Below are positions 1-14,303 of a stretch of 64,000 nucleotides of DNA, one piece after another. The stretch comes from the human T2T-CHM13v2.0 reference genome, Homo sapiens, in NCBI RefSeq assembly GCF_009914755.1, contig NC_060932.1; one strand, given 5' to 3'. Positions within the stretch are counted from its first letter, which is position 1, and each line of letters begins with the position of its first letter. The translations under genes were made by a program, and so were the position numbers. Below the pieces are notes generated by a model. The model had not been told where the DNA came from. It saw only the letters and a program-made list of their open reading frames with translations, and searched no databases.

Positions 1-337
1 AATACCATGAGTGATTTTTTAAAAAGGAAGCACAACAACTAGTCACTGTTTGGGGCTTAATCAATAATACTAATACTGAGAGGCTAAAACCCTTCTCCAT
101 TACAGCATGATGATTGTTGAAGTGAGACATGGGACATAGAACAGCATGGGACATACCCCATGGAATAACACCAACAAACTTCAAAGTCAGCTTTGGGTTC
201 AGCTGACAGTAACAGACCCGACAGCAGGTAGCAGGAGTAAAATTATAGAGTTTAGCAGAATGGAAACCACTGAGCACAGAAGGCTACAGAAGAGAAGGTA
301 ACTGACCACAGCAACTTAACTCTCTTGCTGGAAAGGA

Positions 338-500
338 GAGGTTCTCAACCCTGACTACACTGATTATCACCTAGAGAGCATCTTAAAACCATCCCTACCC
401 TGAAGAACCCAAATTCAATCGGCCTGGCATGAATTCTTGGCATAGGTGATTAGAATCCTCTTGGATTCTAATGTGAAGCTAGAGCTGAGAACAACTGCGC
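338..500. mobile_element. MER5A-like hAT-Charlie MITE
   Basis: Begins gttctcaaccctgactacac...atcacct and ends gattctaatgtgaagctagagctgagaacaactg, matching the recalled MER5A ends; boundaries approximate. Confidence 0.7.
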
Positions 501-1347
501 TAAAGAAAATGAAGGATTGGATAGGCTGGTTCAAGCAGTTAAGCCAGCGGGAACTGGAGCTATAGATTAAGGCTGTGTTGACCCACACTCACCCTCCTGA
601 AGGACTCCTTCTCATTGCTGTGGCTTGAGAATGTAATTTACATATAAAAGATGAAATGATACACATAATTTATCTCTAGCCAGCGTATAGGTTAAAATCA
701 AATCATGCTTTGTCCTATACTCTAAAAGAAATCTTAGGGCACATTTTTTAAAAATAAAAATGACATTGATACATTCTGAGTAAATTGATCAAGAAATTGT
801 CTATTTCTTTCCAATGAAGCTAAAACAATTTTATTGTCAAGAAGGATTTCAAGAGAGTATTTAAAGGCAAGTGGGAGTCTGTTAGTAGAAAAAGAGAGAA
901 CATTCCAGACACAGGGCACAGAGGTCTGACAAAGAGGATTTGAATTATTAAAGGAAATGTTGAATAGTGTGTTTTTAATTTCTTCTTTTTTTTGAAATAT
1001 GTTCTTCCAGAGTGGTTCTTTTTAATATTTATTTAGAACCTGTGTATCTCTTAAGGAAATGCCTTACCTATAAGATGAAACAGTAAAGCCATGAGCAAGT
1101 ACAGTAAGTCATAAAACCCCTCCCCATGTTTGAATTGATAATGTGTCTTCCTTCTTGCATCAGTTTATTTTTATCATTATCAAGAACGGAAAATTATTAA
1201 GTATCCCTTGCACACACAGGATTATCCTAAGTATAGTCAAAATCTTTAGTTTCTTTTCTGTCATTTTGCCTTTAAAGATATTTAAAAATAACTTATAAAA
1301 TAAGATTATAAATTCCTGCACTATCAAGCTGAGGATGAACAATGTTA

Positions 1348-1689
<342 letters not shown>

Positions 1690-1879
1690 TTACCATAAAT
1701 CTATGTGAGGTGTACATGAATTTTAGTGTTATTATTTTGAAAGTAGAAAAACTAAAGAGAAGAAAATCTGAGTGACACTCCTAAAGATGCACACTGGATC
1801 AAGAATAAGATATATGCAGGTCACTTGATGACTAATAGATCACAAGAAAATCCATAAGTCGGCCACACAGAGCTATGAT

Positions 1880-2055
1880 CTATCTCCCAATTTGCTGCTT
1901 ACTAGTCATATGATTTGGCCATGTTGTTCAATGTCAGGATCCCCCTCTATAACGTGGAGACAGTACCTGTTTTATAGTACTGTTGTGAAGTTTCATGAGA
2001 TGAGTATGGAAAGTGCTTACTATAGTAAGTACTTAATAAATGGATGCTATTATTC
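1880..2055 (+). mobile_element. MIR SINE fragment
   Basis: cttactagtcatatgatttgg...gttgtgaagtttcatgagatgag...tagtaagtacttaataaatgg..tattatt resembles the MIR core and 3' end. Confidence 0.7.
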
Positions 2056-3949
2056 AATCTTCATAATTGTATTTTTATTATTGACAGGATCTGATTTATG
2101 TTGAAATACACAAGCTCCTGAACCACAACTAATCCAACATCTTTAAAAGGTGGCAATAGAATAAGCATTGCGAGCTTATATTGTTTTTTGTTTTGAATGA
2201 TTGAATCTATTATAACACGCTGCTGGAGGCAATTCAGTTCCCATATTTTCTTAGCTAGAAGATGGAATATGAGAGACAAAGAGGAAGGTTTTTTTCCCCC
2301 TGGGTTACTGTTGCTGTCTCCTACAAACAGAGAGCATGTACTGAAGAGAGGACCAAGAGATGTTAGAGCTAAAAATATTTTTACAGATCTATAGTACAAA
2401 CACCTTTTTAAAACAATGAGTAAAAACTCTAAACTTGAGCTAAAAGTTGTACCCAAAATCTCACTGTTATTTCACAGTAGAGACAAGGTTAGAACCCAGA
2501 TCTCCAGATTCTCCATCATTCTTTTTACTAAACAATTCTTCTATTTTTATAATTTTTATCTGTTATTAAATTGCTTCCTAAGCTTAGTGCTGCTAATTTA
2601 AATTATTTAAATCTTGCAACTTTACTTTTTATGTCTTACCCTTCAAAACTGTGTATACATTATCTAACCTGTGGAGACATAAGACCACTCTTGGGGATCT
2701 GCTTATCACCAGAAAAGGCCCTGAGATGACAAGTCCAAATCAATCCCACAAGAAGGGCAACTGCCTATATGAAATGCAGAGACCTTGCGAAGCCCTGGCA
2801 AGAAACTTCTGGGTCATATTTTAATAAAAAATCCCAAAGAAATTACATCATACATTTCCACATAAGATAAGACATTGGAGAATAACTAAGCTAGATATGC
2901 TTAGAGGTTTCAGAATGTATGCTCAATCTCCAATACCAAGGATATAAGAGATGATTATTTTGATTTATTGTAAGAATGAGATTTGAGAGGCATGGGATCA
3001 AAAATCAAATGCCATATAATTTGAAAATAAAGAAAAACTTCATGTGTGCTTTATTAATTAGCAGCTTAAAAATTAATCTTCCGAGTCCTATATCATTAGT
3101 TCTCCAGGTACTGTGATATAGGCAGTGCTGTCTTCATCAGACAGGTTCAGTGATTTACCCAAAGTTACACAACTCCAAGTTAGAAATCCAGTACCTATAG
3201 AGTGGGGTGATTGCCAGCATGTTGTCCTTTCTAACACAATACTACCATATTACTCCAAAAATCTTTGGAACGTATAGTTATCTGGTCTAAGGAAGAAATA
3301 AAAGAAACTGAAGTATGTATAGGGCTTTGAGGTTTTAAGAAATGATTTTCTATACCACTTTGAATATAAACTGTATAGACACAGTGCAAAGAGAAAACCA
3401 CAACTGGAAAAGAATCTCAAAAGGTCAACTGGTTTGAGAGGGCAGCCAACAGAAGCCATCTCAATTTTAGTAGGTTCTTGATATATGGGTATGAACACAA
3501 TCTGAAAAGACTAACCTAATATCTTCTTGACTCAGAGTTGACCCAAACCCAATCCAAACCTGAAAAAGAAGAAAAGCTGAAGCTGGAGGTTAGAAGCCAT
3601 ATCTTATAACATATTTTAGATGGAAATATTAGCAAACTATTTTTTAGCCTAATTGCTAAACAATAAACAAGCAAGAATACTTTATAGATACACATTTAAA
3701 AAGCAGGATGAGTTTAAATATAATAAAGATCCTTTATCTTGGAAAAATTATCCATATATTAGTTGCTTATGTATACACCCACACTCAAACATGGCAATTT
3801 CTTTGTTTCTTTCTTGCTTGCTTGCTTTCTTACCTTTCTTTCTGTCTTGGTGTGTTAAAATTTACCTGAAAAATCAATGTAGGGAAAGATAGACTATTAA
3901 GGAATGCCCAACCTTTTCTCATAGGGAAATTGAAAATACAAATTATTAC

Positions 3950-4467
3950 TACATTAGTCACAGTCCTCCAGAGAAACAGAACCAAGAGGTTTATTATAAG
4001 AAGTTGGTTCATGCAATCATAGAGGCTGGCAGATTCCAAGGTTTGCAGGGTGAGTATGCAAGCTGGACAGCCAATGGTGTAGTGCCAGTGTGAGTCCAAA
4101 TGCCTGAGAACCGGGATCATTGATGATAAAGTTCTAGTCCAAAGGCTGGCAGGCTCAAGACCCAAGAAAAGAAGATTTTTCAGTTTGAGTCCAAAGGCAG
4201 AAAAAAGCTAATGTCCCAGTTTGAAAGTCATAATGCAAGATGAATTCTCTTACTCAGAGGAGGGTCAGCCTTTTTGTTCTGTTCAGGCCTTAACTAATTG
4301 GATGAGGCCCGCCCACATTAGGAGGGCCATCTGCTTTATTCATTCTGTCTATTTACATGTTAATCTCATCCGAAAAATCCCTTGCAGACATACCCACAAT
4401 AATGTTTGAACAAATATCTGGGCACTCTGTGTCCCGGTCAAATGGACACATAAAGTTAACCATCATA
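3950..4467 (-). mobile_element. MLT2-family (ERVL) solo LTR
   Basis: attagtcacagtcctccagagaaacagaacca at one end and gacacataaagttaaccatcata at the other (reverse complement of the MLT2 start TGTGATGGTTAA...). Confidence 0.85.
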
Positions 4468-5317
4468 GGTAGTAAAGGTAAAGAAACCAATATTATAACA
4501 AATACATAAGAATTTAGAAAACCAGGCAAATGTGGCTCTTCAATGTCATTTACTTTTGGAAAAACATGCTCATTATAAAAATATTTATATGATGCCCCTT
4601 AGTCAGGTGCCTTTGCAAAGGACAAAGGTATTCAAGAAGAGAAATCCAAACCAAAGTTTAGGTTACATGAAAGATCAAGTAGATATATAGTCCAGAGCCT
4701 GAATGAAGAATAGAGAAGAAAAGTAGAATAAGCCCTTTATCCTTGCTTCGGCTCCAGGCATATCTATGGGAGGTTTCATGTTGCCATAGAGATACGTGTG
4801 TGTGTCAAAATTGTCTCTTGAATTCTTTTCTTGATTCTTCCCCACACTGGCAGATGAGACAAACATGAAGTGGAATCCAGGATTTCTCTACCTTTAGGAT
4901 AATTTTGTCAATCACCATTTTCTTGAGAAAAGTGCTGAATTCTAAAAGACACGAAGAGAATGTGTCTGAATTTGTGTAAAGCATTGTCTGTAATTAGTAC
5001 TTTTTAAGAGAAGCTGAGCAGGTAAAAATCAAAACAAACAAAAATGTAAGAGAAGTGGTTAGTTAAGTGTGATTTTTAAGAGCTTATTTTTAAGCTGACA
5101 CAATAAACATAGGGGCTCTCTGACAGTTTTCCCTTATTTTCCATTGCATGCAAACAGATACTGAATATTCTTCACCATTAAATACCTACTATTTATATAA
5201 TCATATATAGCTACATTTCAAAACACTATCAGATCTCTATTCATATTTGATTCTTATAAAATATCTCTAATGTTTATAAGAATTAGTGCCTCGCCAATTT
5301 ACAGATAGCAAAACTGA

Positions 5318-5596
<279 letters not shown>

Positions 5597-6539
5597 TAAA
5601 TACCTTCCACTCTTTTCTCATAATTACTCCATAGATCATTCAAAAGTTTAATTGTCTTGTAAGGTGAGATGATACATATTTTCCCCTTTCCTATTTTCCA
5701 AGGATTAAAAATCTCAATTATATCTGGGTAGGAGGGACTTCTGTTATTACTTTTCATGGATTAAACAACTCAATTATATGTGGGTGGGAGGGACTGCCAT
5801 TCTGTAGTTGTCTGGCATTCCCTGTCTCCCTGTGCCTGAGATGAAAGCCTGATACATTTGCTTTGCTCTTCTCTTCCATTGTTCAGGCAATGAAGGAAAC
5901 ATTACCCTAATCGTGCTCAATGTGTGCTATCTCTGGGCACAGCTGTTGTGTAGACCTTCCAAGCTCAGCCATTAAGGAGTCTTACCAATGGCAGAGACCA
6001 GTGAGCGCTGCAATGCCAGATACGTGCCCTCTAATAACATCCATTTTTGCTTTTCTAGCTAATTCCAGGAAAGAGCCTGATGGGCAAGGTTTCGCAGTTC
6101 ATAACTCTCTGTTTTGTCACTTTCCCTCCTCCTCTATAGGGGCAGCTTGTGAGCCAATTCCCAAACAGAGCCCATGGAGCAAAAGATTAGGCATGGCTTG
6201 GAGTCAGCTTCTTTATCAAATGAGCCCATAGAGTGTGAGCAAAGGCAAGCCTCAAAAAGAGATCTGCTTTGGCAGCTGGTTCACCAGTGAAGATGCCTGT
6301 AGCAAAAACTAAAAACGGCAGATTTTTCTGGCTGCCTTGGAATACAACAGCTTAATGTCGACTCCTCTTGCTTGGGAAATTAATTGGGACTGATTGCTGG
6401 TGGGCTTTGAAGATCACACTACTGACCTGCTATGGAGTTTTCTGGAAGTGGAATAGATAATGAGAATGTCTGATATCAAAAACTTGGTTTAGAAGGCACA
6501 CTCACTTCTATCAACTCCTTTGAAGATAAAAAGGCAAAA

Positions 6540-6790
6540 ATATGGGCTTTCAGTCAAATACCTCAATTCAAACCCCAGCTCTAATTTTACCAGTTGTGTT
6601 ACCCAGAAAAAATTACCAACAGTCTTTAAACTCAAGTTTCTTTATCTATAACTGGGGAGATAACCATGCCTACCTTCCTAAGTCATTGTTTAGATTACAA
6701 TCTATGTATAAGTTAAATGTTAGATATAATTTACTCATTCCATAGAATATTAGAATATATAGCATCGCTCATTAAGTGGTGGCTATTACT
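6540..6790 (+). mobile_element. MIR SINE
   Basis: gggctttcagtcaaatacctcaattcaaaccccagctct...ctcaagtttctttatctataactgggga...gctcattaagtggtggctattact. Confidence 0.7.
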
Positions 6791-7654
6791 GCTTATCACA
6801 ATAGTCATATAAATTAAGATAATTGTCATCATTTTAGCAATAAGAAAACTCAGGCTCAAATTGCATAGATTTGCCCAATCTCACAGAGCTTTAAGAAGTA
6901 GAGCTGAGACCCAAACATATCACTCAAACACATAAACAATTAATTCTGTCATTCCAGAAACATAGAAGCTGGACAAATAACCAAATATTGAAAGAAGTTT
7001 CCAGTGCCTCACCTTGACTTTTTTCTCTAAATTGCATTGGTTTTTCTCCTGGATTGAATGTTCTTGCTATTCAAGAGGTACATTAGAGAATAAGAACGTA
7101 ATTTATCTTGAGTAATAGCAAGAGAAGGAAAATCTGGAGTTGGGGGGATGGTACAGGAATCAAATACATGCTGCATTCCCATAAATTATTTTATAGAGCA
7201 AGGTTAAGATAAAGGAATAGAGGCATATCTGTTAGTATAAGGAAAAAAGTATAAGGAAGAATGGAACACATCTGCCAATGGAGGTGGATATAGGTATGAT
7301 ATGAAATTAATCGATCTCAATCAGCGGGAGGAAGAAGGCACGTTAGACAGAAAAGGGTTAGAAATATGTAAATAGCTATTTGTATCTGTGCCTTAGGCCT
7401 AGTTAGCTTGTAAACAGTCTCTTGGCATTCATTGTCATGCTATAAAACATGCTATAATAAAATTACAAAACTTTTATGCTTTCTGAAGGGTTAGGTTCTT
7501 TCAGCATATCAAAATGGTTATTTCTGGAGAGGATTGCTGCAGGATCCAGTGGGCCACTGGAACCTGTTTCTTAGATTCTAACCCCCTACATTGTCACCAC
7601 AGCTGTGCTGCCATACTGCTGCCTTACCCCTTCTATCTAAAGATACAAAGAGCC

Positions 7655-7830
7655 CTTGTGCCAGGCACTGTTCTAAGTGCTTCACATTCTCACAATAGTC
7701 CAAGAAGGTAATGCAAATGTTACCCCACACTAAAATGATGAAAGTGAAGCACAGAGAAGTTAAGCAATTTGCCTAGCATCATGCAGTTAAAGTTGGCATT
7801 TCAACACATGCAGTCTAGCGCTGGTGCATG
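7655..7830 (-). mobile_element. MIR SINE fragment
   Basis: tgtgccaggcactgttctaagtgcttcaca...gatgaaagtgaagcacagagaagttaagcaatttgcc. Confidence 0.8.
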
Positions 7831-7864
7831 TATCCAAGACATGCATCCAAGACAATATATTCCA

Positions 7865-8163
7865 TACCAATTCTTTTCAAATTATTTGTGGCAAAAGATT
7901 TATTTTGATTTTGTTTTTATTTATAATATATTGTGAGCCAATACTTTTGTAAAATACACTAAAAGTCATTTAACAGAAAAATGAAATTAAAAGATATCCA
8001 AAATATCGACTCTAATTTTAAAATTATTATTAAGTTCAGCATGCATAAAATGAGTCTATAAATTGTTATGAAAGTTTCTAAATGCTTTCTCATTGCTTAC
8101 TCTCACTGTCTTTGTGTCCCACAGTCCAGCAGGGGTCTCTAAACCACACTTTGATTAGCACTG
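7865..8163. mobile_element. hAT-Charlie DNA transposon fragment (Charlie4-like)
   Basis: Ends in accacactttgattagcactg, a Charlie/MER5-type terminus; AT-rich interior; subfamily uncertain. Confidence 0.5.
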
Positions 8164-8534
8164 TTCTAGTATTACTAGGCTGGGCACATTTTGTGTCAAT
8201 GAAACCAGTGGAACTGGCTGCTCTACAACAAGGTCAATCTTGGTGCCACCAACCCCAGGCCTGTGTTTTCTAATTACCCGAGTTAACCACTCATCTAGCC
8301 TGACTGAGAATTCTAACAGATAGAGGAACCCTTAAGAACTGAAATCAGGATTTAGTCTGTGCCATTCTGAAAGGAGCTGAATGTTCCAGTGCGTTAATGT
8401 ATAAAACCAATTTTGCAAAATGTCTTTTAAGAAATCACAATCTTCTTTCCTCCAGTTGTTCTTTTATCTTTTTAAAAATAAATTAATTTTCAAATTGAAA
8501 CATAACTACATTTTTATGGGATACTTAATGATGG

Positions 8535-8842
8535 TTTTTGATTTTGTTTATGTTTTTTGAGACAGGGTCTCACTCTGTCACCCAGGCTGGAGTGCAGCGG
8601 TGCCATCTTGGCTCACTGCAACCTCTGCCTCCTGGGTTCGAGAGATTCTCGTGCCTCAGCCTCCTGAGTATTTGGGATTACAGGTGTGTGCTGCTGCAGC
8701 TGGCTAATTTTTTTTGTATTTTTAGTAGAGATGGGGTTTTGCCATGTTAGCCAGGCTGGTCTTGCAATCCTGACCTCAAGTGATCCACCCATTTCGGCCT
8801 CCCAAAGTGCTGGAATTACAGGCGCGAGCAACCGCGCCCAGC
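8535..8842 (-). mobile_element. Full-length AluS inserted in an L1MA-type 3' fragment (about 8480-8892)
   Basis: Complete dimer gagacagggtctcactctgtcacccaggctgg...ctcccaaagtgctggaattacaggcgcgagc; L1MA-like 3'UTR sequence on both flanks. Confidence 0.95.
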
Positions 8843-9140
8843 TGATGTTTCCATATATACAATATACAGTGAACAAATCAGGGTAATTCATTGCTTTTTT
8901 ATCTTAGTATGACTTTCCTTTTCCTCTTGTTTTTCTCATGACCTAAAGTGCTTGGCACACTGCCTGAAAAATAGTAGGTATCCAATAGATGTTTATGATT
9001 AAAAATTCCCATTTATTTCAACAAATACTACTGGTATTAAATTTCCAGGTATAAATGACACCATGTAGGTACTATACAAGCCTGAAATGACAATATGCTC
9101 CCTATCAAGAGGTCAGTCCTAAGGAAAAAAATGTTATAGA

Positions 9141-9581
9141 TGAAGGAGTTGGAAATACACCACTCTGGCATATTGACTATTTAAGTTAAAGGCACTTAAA
9201 TAAAACAGCAGTTGCAAAAAGATCACCATGACCTTTGGGCTATTTCTTAAAAACAGAAGATAAAACGACCATGTGAGGATGCAACGTTCTTATCCTCAAG
9301 GATGAGAAAGTTGAGGCCAAAGTAATTCTGTACAAAGAAACCTTGTTAAATGAATCTTTACCTTCCTAATCGTTGATCTACCAATTAAGTACTTGAGTGC
9401 AGTATATAAGTAACTCATTCTAACTACCTCTCAAGGTAGTCATTTCCTCATAAGGGCTCCCATGCCATGTAAAACTCATATTGAATTTGTGGGCATTTCG
9501 TATGTTAATCTGTGTTATGTCGATTTATTTATCAGACCCGATGGATAGAGGATTGAGTTAAAGTTTTGCTGCTCCTATACG
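9141..9581 (+). mobile_element. MER34-like ERV1 solo LTR
   Basis: tgaaggagttggaaatacaccactctggcatattgactatttaagttaaaggcac...ggctcccatgccatgtaaaact...tgttaatctgtg...ttttgctgctcctatac. Confidence 0.7.
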
Positions 9582-10400
9582 GACAACATCCAAAGTAATG
9601 GCTTATTCAAGTGAAGTAGGGGAAATTAAGAAGGAAAGAGTTAAACTCAAAAGTGTTTACAATTTTGCTTTATTAAAATATTCAAATATTTTAATATCTG
9701 TGCTGTAAACTTAATGTTATTATTATAACTTGGAGGCTTTAAGTAGTGCATGATTGCTCACACAATAAAGACTGTCTTCATAATAAAGTTTTGTATAAAT
9801 GTCTTTAAATCAAGAGTGCTAAGCTTCATGTCATTCCTAAAAAATACAATTAGTCATATTTTCCTAACAATTCATAAATACGAGTCATGCATAATGACAG
9901 CATGCAGTTTGCCACATATGGAGATCAATAAATCAATTTCAGCATCTATTAAATGCTGAGAACTTTACTGAGTAGTACTGGTTAGGGATGGGGAGGAGGT
10001 TTTACAAAAGACTATAAAACTGTGTTCTGCTTAAGTAACATATAGTTTAGTTGGGAACACGCGAAGCAATGAGGCAAGAATGCATCTTCTCTTTGTATAG
10101 CAGGGTTCTGCTCCAACTTCCACACCCCGGCAATCACCCACCTGCAAGCCTAGTGAAAGCAGACAATGAAAGAATCCCTAGGATTTCACTAAATGTTGCA
10201 TTATTCAGTTCACGCAGAGCATAGGGGAGAGGCTGCATAATCATCGCCAATATCTTTCCTGTTTCATACTATCAGACTTTAACACTTACCAGACACTTTA
10301 GAGATCTTTAGCCTAACTTCCCTCCTAGAAAAGAGAGACCTGGGAATTAGCTTCTGGAGGTGATGCATATTGACCCATCTTCACTGTGTTACTTGCTTTC

Positions 10401-10595
10401 TCCATCCTCCATCCATTGAGTCTAATAAGTAAACTGACATAACACAGATTAACATATGAAATGCACACAAATTCAATATGAGTTTTACGTGGCATGGGAG
10501 CCATTATAAGGAAGTGAAGACTATAAGAAGCAGTTAGAATTAGTTACTTATATACTGGGCTTGGGTACTTAATTGGTAGATCAATGACTAGGAAG
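10401..10595 (-). repeat. Inverted copy of 9362-9556 (part of the MER34-like LTR)
   Basis: Hand alignment of the reverse complement to 9362-9556: 195 bp, no gaps, about 29 substitutions (about 85% identity). Confidence 0.9.
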
Positions 10596-11184
10596 ACAGT
10601 CTTTCACCTGCTAATTTAAGGTGACTGAAAGGGTTTAGGATGCCTAAGGATCCATGAAACACTCCCCATCCACAATGAATTCAAACCATATAATTCACTT
10701 CCATTTAAACAGAGGCTTTAACTTAGTCTATGTGTCAGAGTCATAAGAATCTCATCATTTTCCCCTTAGCCATTTAGACAGTTGAAAAAATTCATGGACT
10801 CTTAGAATAATGTGCACATATCAGAACCTTCCCTTCTCTTCAAGGAATGCATTCTTCACAAGGTTTTTTTCTCAAGTATTTCCCTTGGTCTCTTCAGCCT
10901 ATCTTCCACCACTGGTAACAAATTTCCTATTATTTTCTGTGTAGATACCCTTTCCTTGAAGCCAGATTGAATCATTCTGTTCCTGATATGATGATGTTCC
11001 TGAAGAAGAGCCGGGACAAAAAAAAAAAAAAGAAAAAAAGAAAAGAAAAAACCTGTAGTACTGTGATGATTGAACATAACAGGAAAGTTATATAAATGTT
11101 TTATCTCCCAACAGACAAATTTTTATGTGGCTACACTTTAAGAAGACAGGAGAGAAGTTATTCCTGAAAGAGCTGGTGAAAGAG

Positions 11185-11790
11185 GAATTATCCAGGGCAG
11201 GCTAATCTATGAGGTGTTAATAAATAAGTTCCCAAATATTAGTGAGTCTACACAAAAATGGTTCATTTTCCCTTCTGCAAAGCCAAGTGTAAAATTCTCA
11301 GCCAAAGGATGACTCAGGGATCTAGGCTCTTTCTGCCCATGGGACCATTATCCCCTAATGCAGACTTTCTCAGAATCCAGAGAAAACTTAAGATCTAATG
11401 ACCTAAGGGATCTATGAAAGTAAGGAATTAAAGTAACTCATATGCATCCACTAACTATGTGCCATCCTTGGAAGGACTGAGGAAATAGTCATACAAATAA
11501 TTTTAAATGGGCCTTAACTTGCTCACAGAACCTCAGCAGTGAAAGACTGCATTAAGGTCTCCTTGGAGTCCTCCACTAGATCCTCTGCGTCCTACCATCC
11601 AAGAGGGAAGAATGTTGAGGATTGCCTGTGACAAGTGATGGCCCAGTCAGGCAGTGATGTGAAACTCTTTCACTCACATTCCATTGACCAGAAATTTCAT
11701 CCCTAATCATAGGAAGACTGGAAAATATAATCTTTTTATGTGTCCAGGAAGAGAGAATAGTTTTTGAGCATCTAGCCAGTCTTTGCCATA
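11185..11790 (-). mobile_element. Old MLT1 (J/K-like) MaLR LTR, interrupted
   Basis: gactcagggatctaggctctttc...ctcacattccattgaccagaa...ggaagactggaaaatataatc...gagcatctagccagtctttgccata motifs. Confidence 0.6.
11361..11549. mobile_element. Putative hAT MITE nested in the MLT1 LTR
   Basis: Terminal inverted repeats cagactttc...gaaagactg; degenerate 8-bp flanks ccctaatg/cattaagg. Confidence 0.45.
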
Positions 11791-11886
11791 GGAGCTACGT
11801 ATAGGTAGCATTGGAAGGCTTTAGCTTACACATCGTGTCTTCCTGGTGGATCATCTAACCTATGTAATGCACTTAAAATAATGTCT

Positions 11887-12022
11887 GGCCAGGCACAGTG
11901 GCTCACACCTGTAATCTCAACACTTTGGGTTGTCGAAGCTGGAGGATTACTTGAGCCCAGGAGTTTGAGGCCAGCCTGAGCAACATAGGAAGACCCTGTC
12001 CCTACAAAATATAATTTGAAAA
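11887..12022 (+). mobile_element. FLAM / Alu left monomer
   Basis: ggccaggcacagtggctcacacctgtaatc...ggattacttgagcccaggagtttgaggccagcctg...ctacaaaa. Confidence 0.9.
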
Positions 12023-14268
12023 GTATCCCATCGTCAGTGTTATGATTGCCATTACCCAGCATGAACATCACTCTGTTAAAGATGACCTTCAAAAGACTTT
12101 GTTTTGTGGGAAAAGAGAGTAGTTCCTATGGGTACCATCTCGATCTCTTCAATTAATTTATGGTCCTAGGTATTGTTCACTAGTTTTATCTAATTCTCAA
12201 CTTAGAATACAGAGAGGGCCTGACTCTAGGAGAGGGGGACCATTTCATCAGGGAAGACTCACTGGCAGCTAGAAGCCTTGAGTAGCTGTGAAAACAGAGG
12301 TCCCAGTCCAGAGTCCCAACAGTAGATGTCAAGAGCTGGGATACCAGACAGGGAGAGTAAGGCCCTCTAGACCAGGTGCTGCATGCAGGTGCTTGCCATG
12401 GGCTTGAGCAGACCAGTGCAGAAGAGAGAAATCCTCACAGGCAAACTAGAGTATGTGGGGCTTCATAGAATTATTTCCTCTCACAGTTCTCCTAGTGCTT
12501 TTTCTACTTCCCAGGACCTTTGGTAAATGTTTTTGTTTAGCCCTTCTCAGTCGATGAAATTTCATTGTTCCTCTAAAATGTGTAATTCCCCAAGGGAAAC
12601 TTTCTTACAAGCTTTAGTGCACACTGGTTAACTCCCCAACTTCCCCATCTCAAGTGCCAGCCATGTGCTACTAAGTACTGAGCAGGGACCCCCCAGGGCA
12701 ACACAGGATGACTTTTTACTGCTTACTGCTCTCAACAACCCCATCCCTTCCCCAAGACACAGACCAAAAAACCATATCTGCACCTTTACTTCTCAAGGCT
12801 AAAAAAGCTGGAAAGATTAGAGACAGAAAGATCATCCACCTTACTGGATTTATTTTTTCCTCCAAGTTGCACTTATTCTGAAGTCGAGGGTTTAGTTAAC
12901 ACTTAAAGTGTCCCCACTTGACAGGAGAATGAAATGACTGTGAAGAAATGGCTAACAATCTACCTTCCATAGAGAAAAGACACTGGATACACTTTTGGAA
13001 AGCAGTCATCCTTCTTGACACTTTTAGGTGTCTTTCTGTCTTGGAGACAAATGTGATGGTCCATTTCCTATGACAGTTGCAATTTCCTCAATGCACTGTT
13101 CTTTCCCTTGGCCTCTAATTAAAATTTTACCTATCCTTCAGATCTCAAGGGAGATGCCTCCTCCACCATCTTCCCGCGCACCTCCTGCAACTTTCATGGT
13201 CCTTATCCCTTTTCTAAAGTAGACTTGAGCTCCCCTAGTACATTAGGAAGCTTGCAGGAATAAGATTTTTGTCTGGTTCATTTCCGTATACTTCACAGTG
13301 ATTATTTAAAATCTTAATAAATACTTTGAGATGACGGAGGTCCTGTCAGCAAGACCACCTGAAATGACACTGAACAAATCATATCTAAATGTTGGTTTAT
13401 CACAGGATAAAAGGTGAATTTGAACAAGAGTTCTAGGATGCACGTGAGATTCAAAAGGAATTTCATGTTCACCTTCATTATGTGAACACAGTATTTCCCA
13501 CAGAGCAAAGTTACAAATTTCTGTAGCAAAATATTGTCTCAAGTCTCAAAATGTATACAGAATTGTTTATTTTGGTCTCCTTGTACATAATTTATCCAAA
13601 ACATCCTACTAGTTTATTGGTAATAATCCTACTAAATTATTAGTAATAGTTAAGGGTCTTAACTACAGTGGGCACCTACAGGCACAGTTATGAGGGGATG
13701 TAGGTACACATGACCTTCCAAGTATATGTTTAATGCCAGGCCTTTTTCTCCACACTTACAAACAGCACAACTAAATTTTACTTATTCTTTCTTGACTAGG
13801 CATGGGTACTTGTGCTAAGCCTTTCAGGATCTGCAATGATGAATAAGTCATACCCAAAAGTAGCATCTATTTTACTTAAGAAGAATGAGGCACATACAAA
13901 AATAATAACAATGCACAACACAATATAACAGCTTTCAAATGAACCATCTAAAAACGTTAGGAGAGTTCAGAGAACGAAAAGATCACATCTGTTTGAATGA
14001 ACCAGATAAGGAAACTTATTAGATGGCTTTTGAGAGAGGCCTTGAAATAGAGTCAAATTTAACTGCAACATGATGTGATTAGAAGTAGAGAGTCATTAAC
14101 AATAGAAGCAGTGACAAAGAAGCCAAGCACATAGTGAAAGGATTTTCATCTTTTGTGACACAACAATCTTGTCATCTTGTTTAATTTTCTTGCACCTGTA
14201 GTCTTTCCTTAACTTTATTCAGATATTATGTTATTTAATTTACTTAGTCTGAGACAGTGTGAGATATG

Positions 14269-14271
<3 letters not shown>

Positions 14272-14300
<29 letters not shown>
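14272..14300 (+). repeat. (TG)n microsatellite, about 14 units
   Basis: Read directly. Confidence 0.97.
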
Positions 14301-14303
<3 letters not shown>

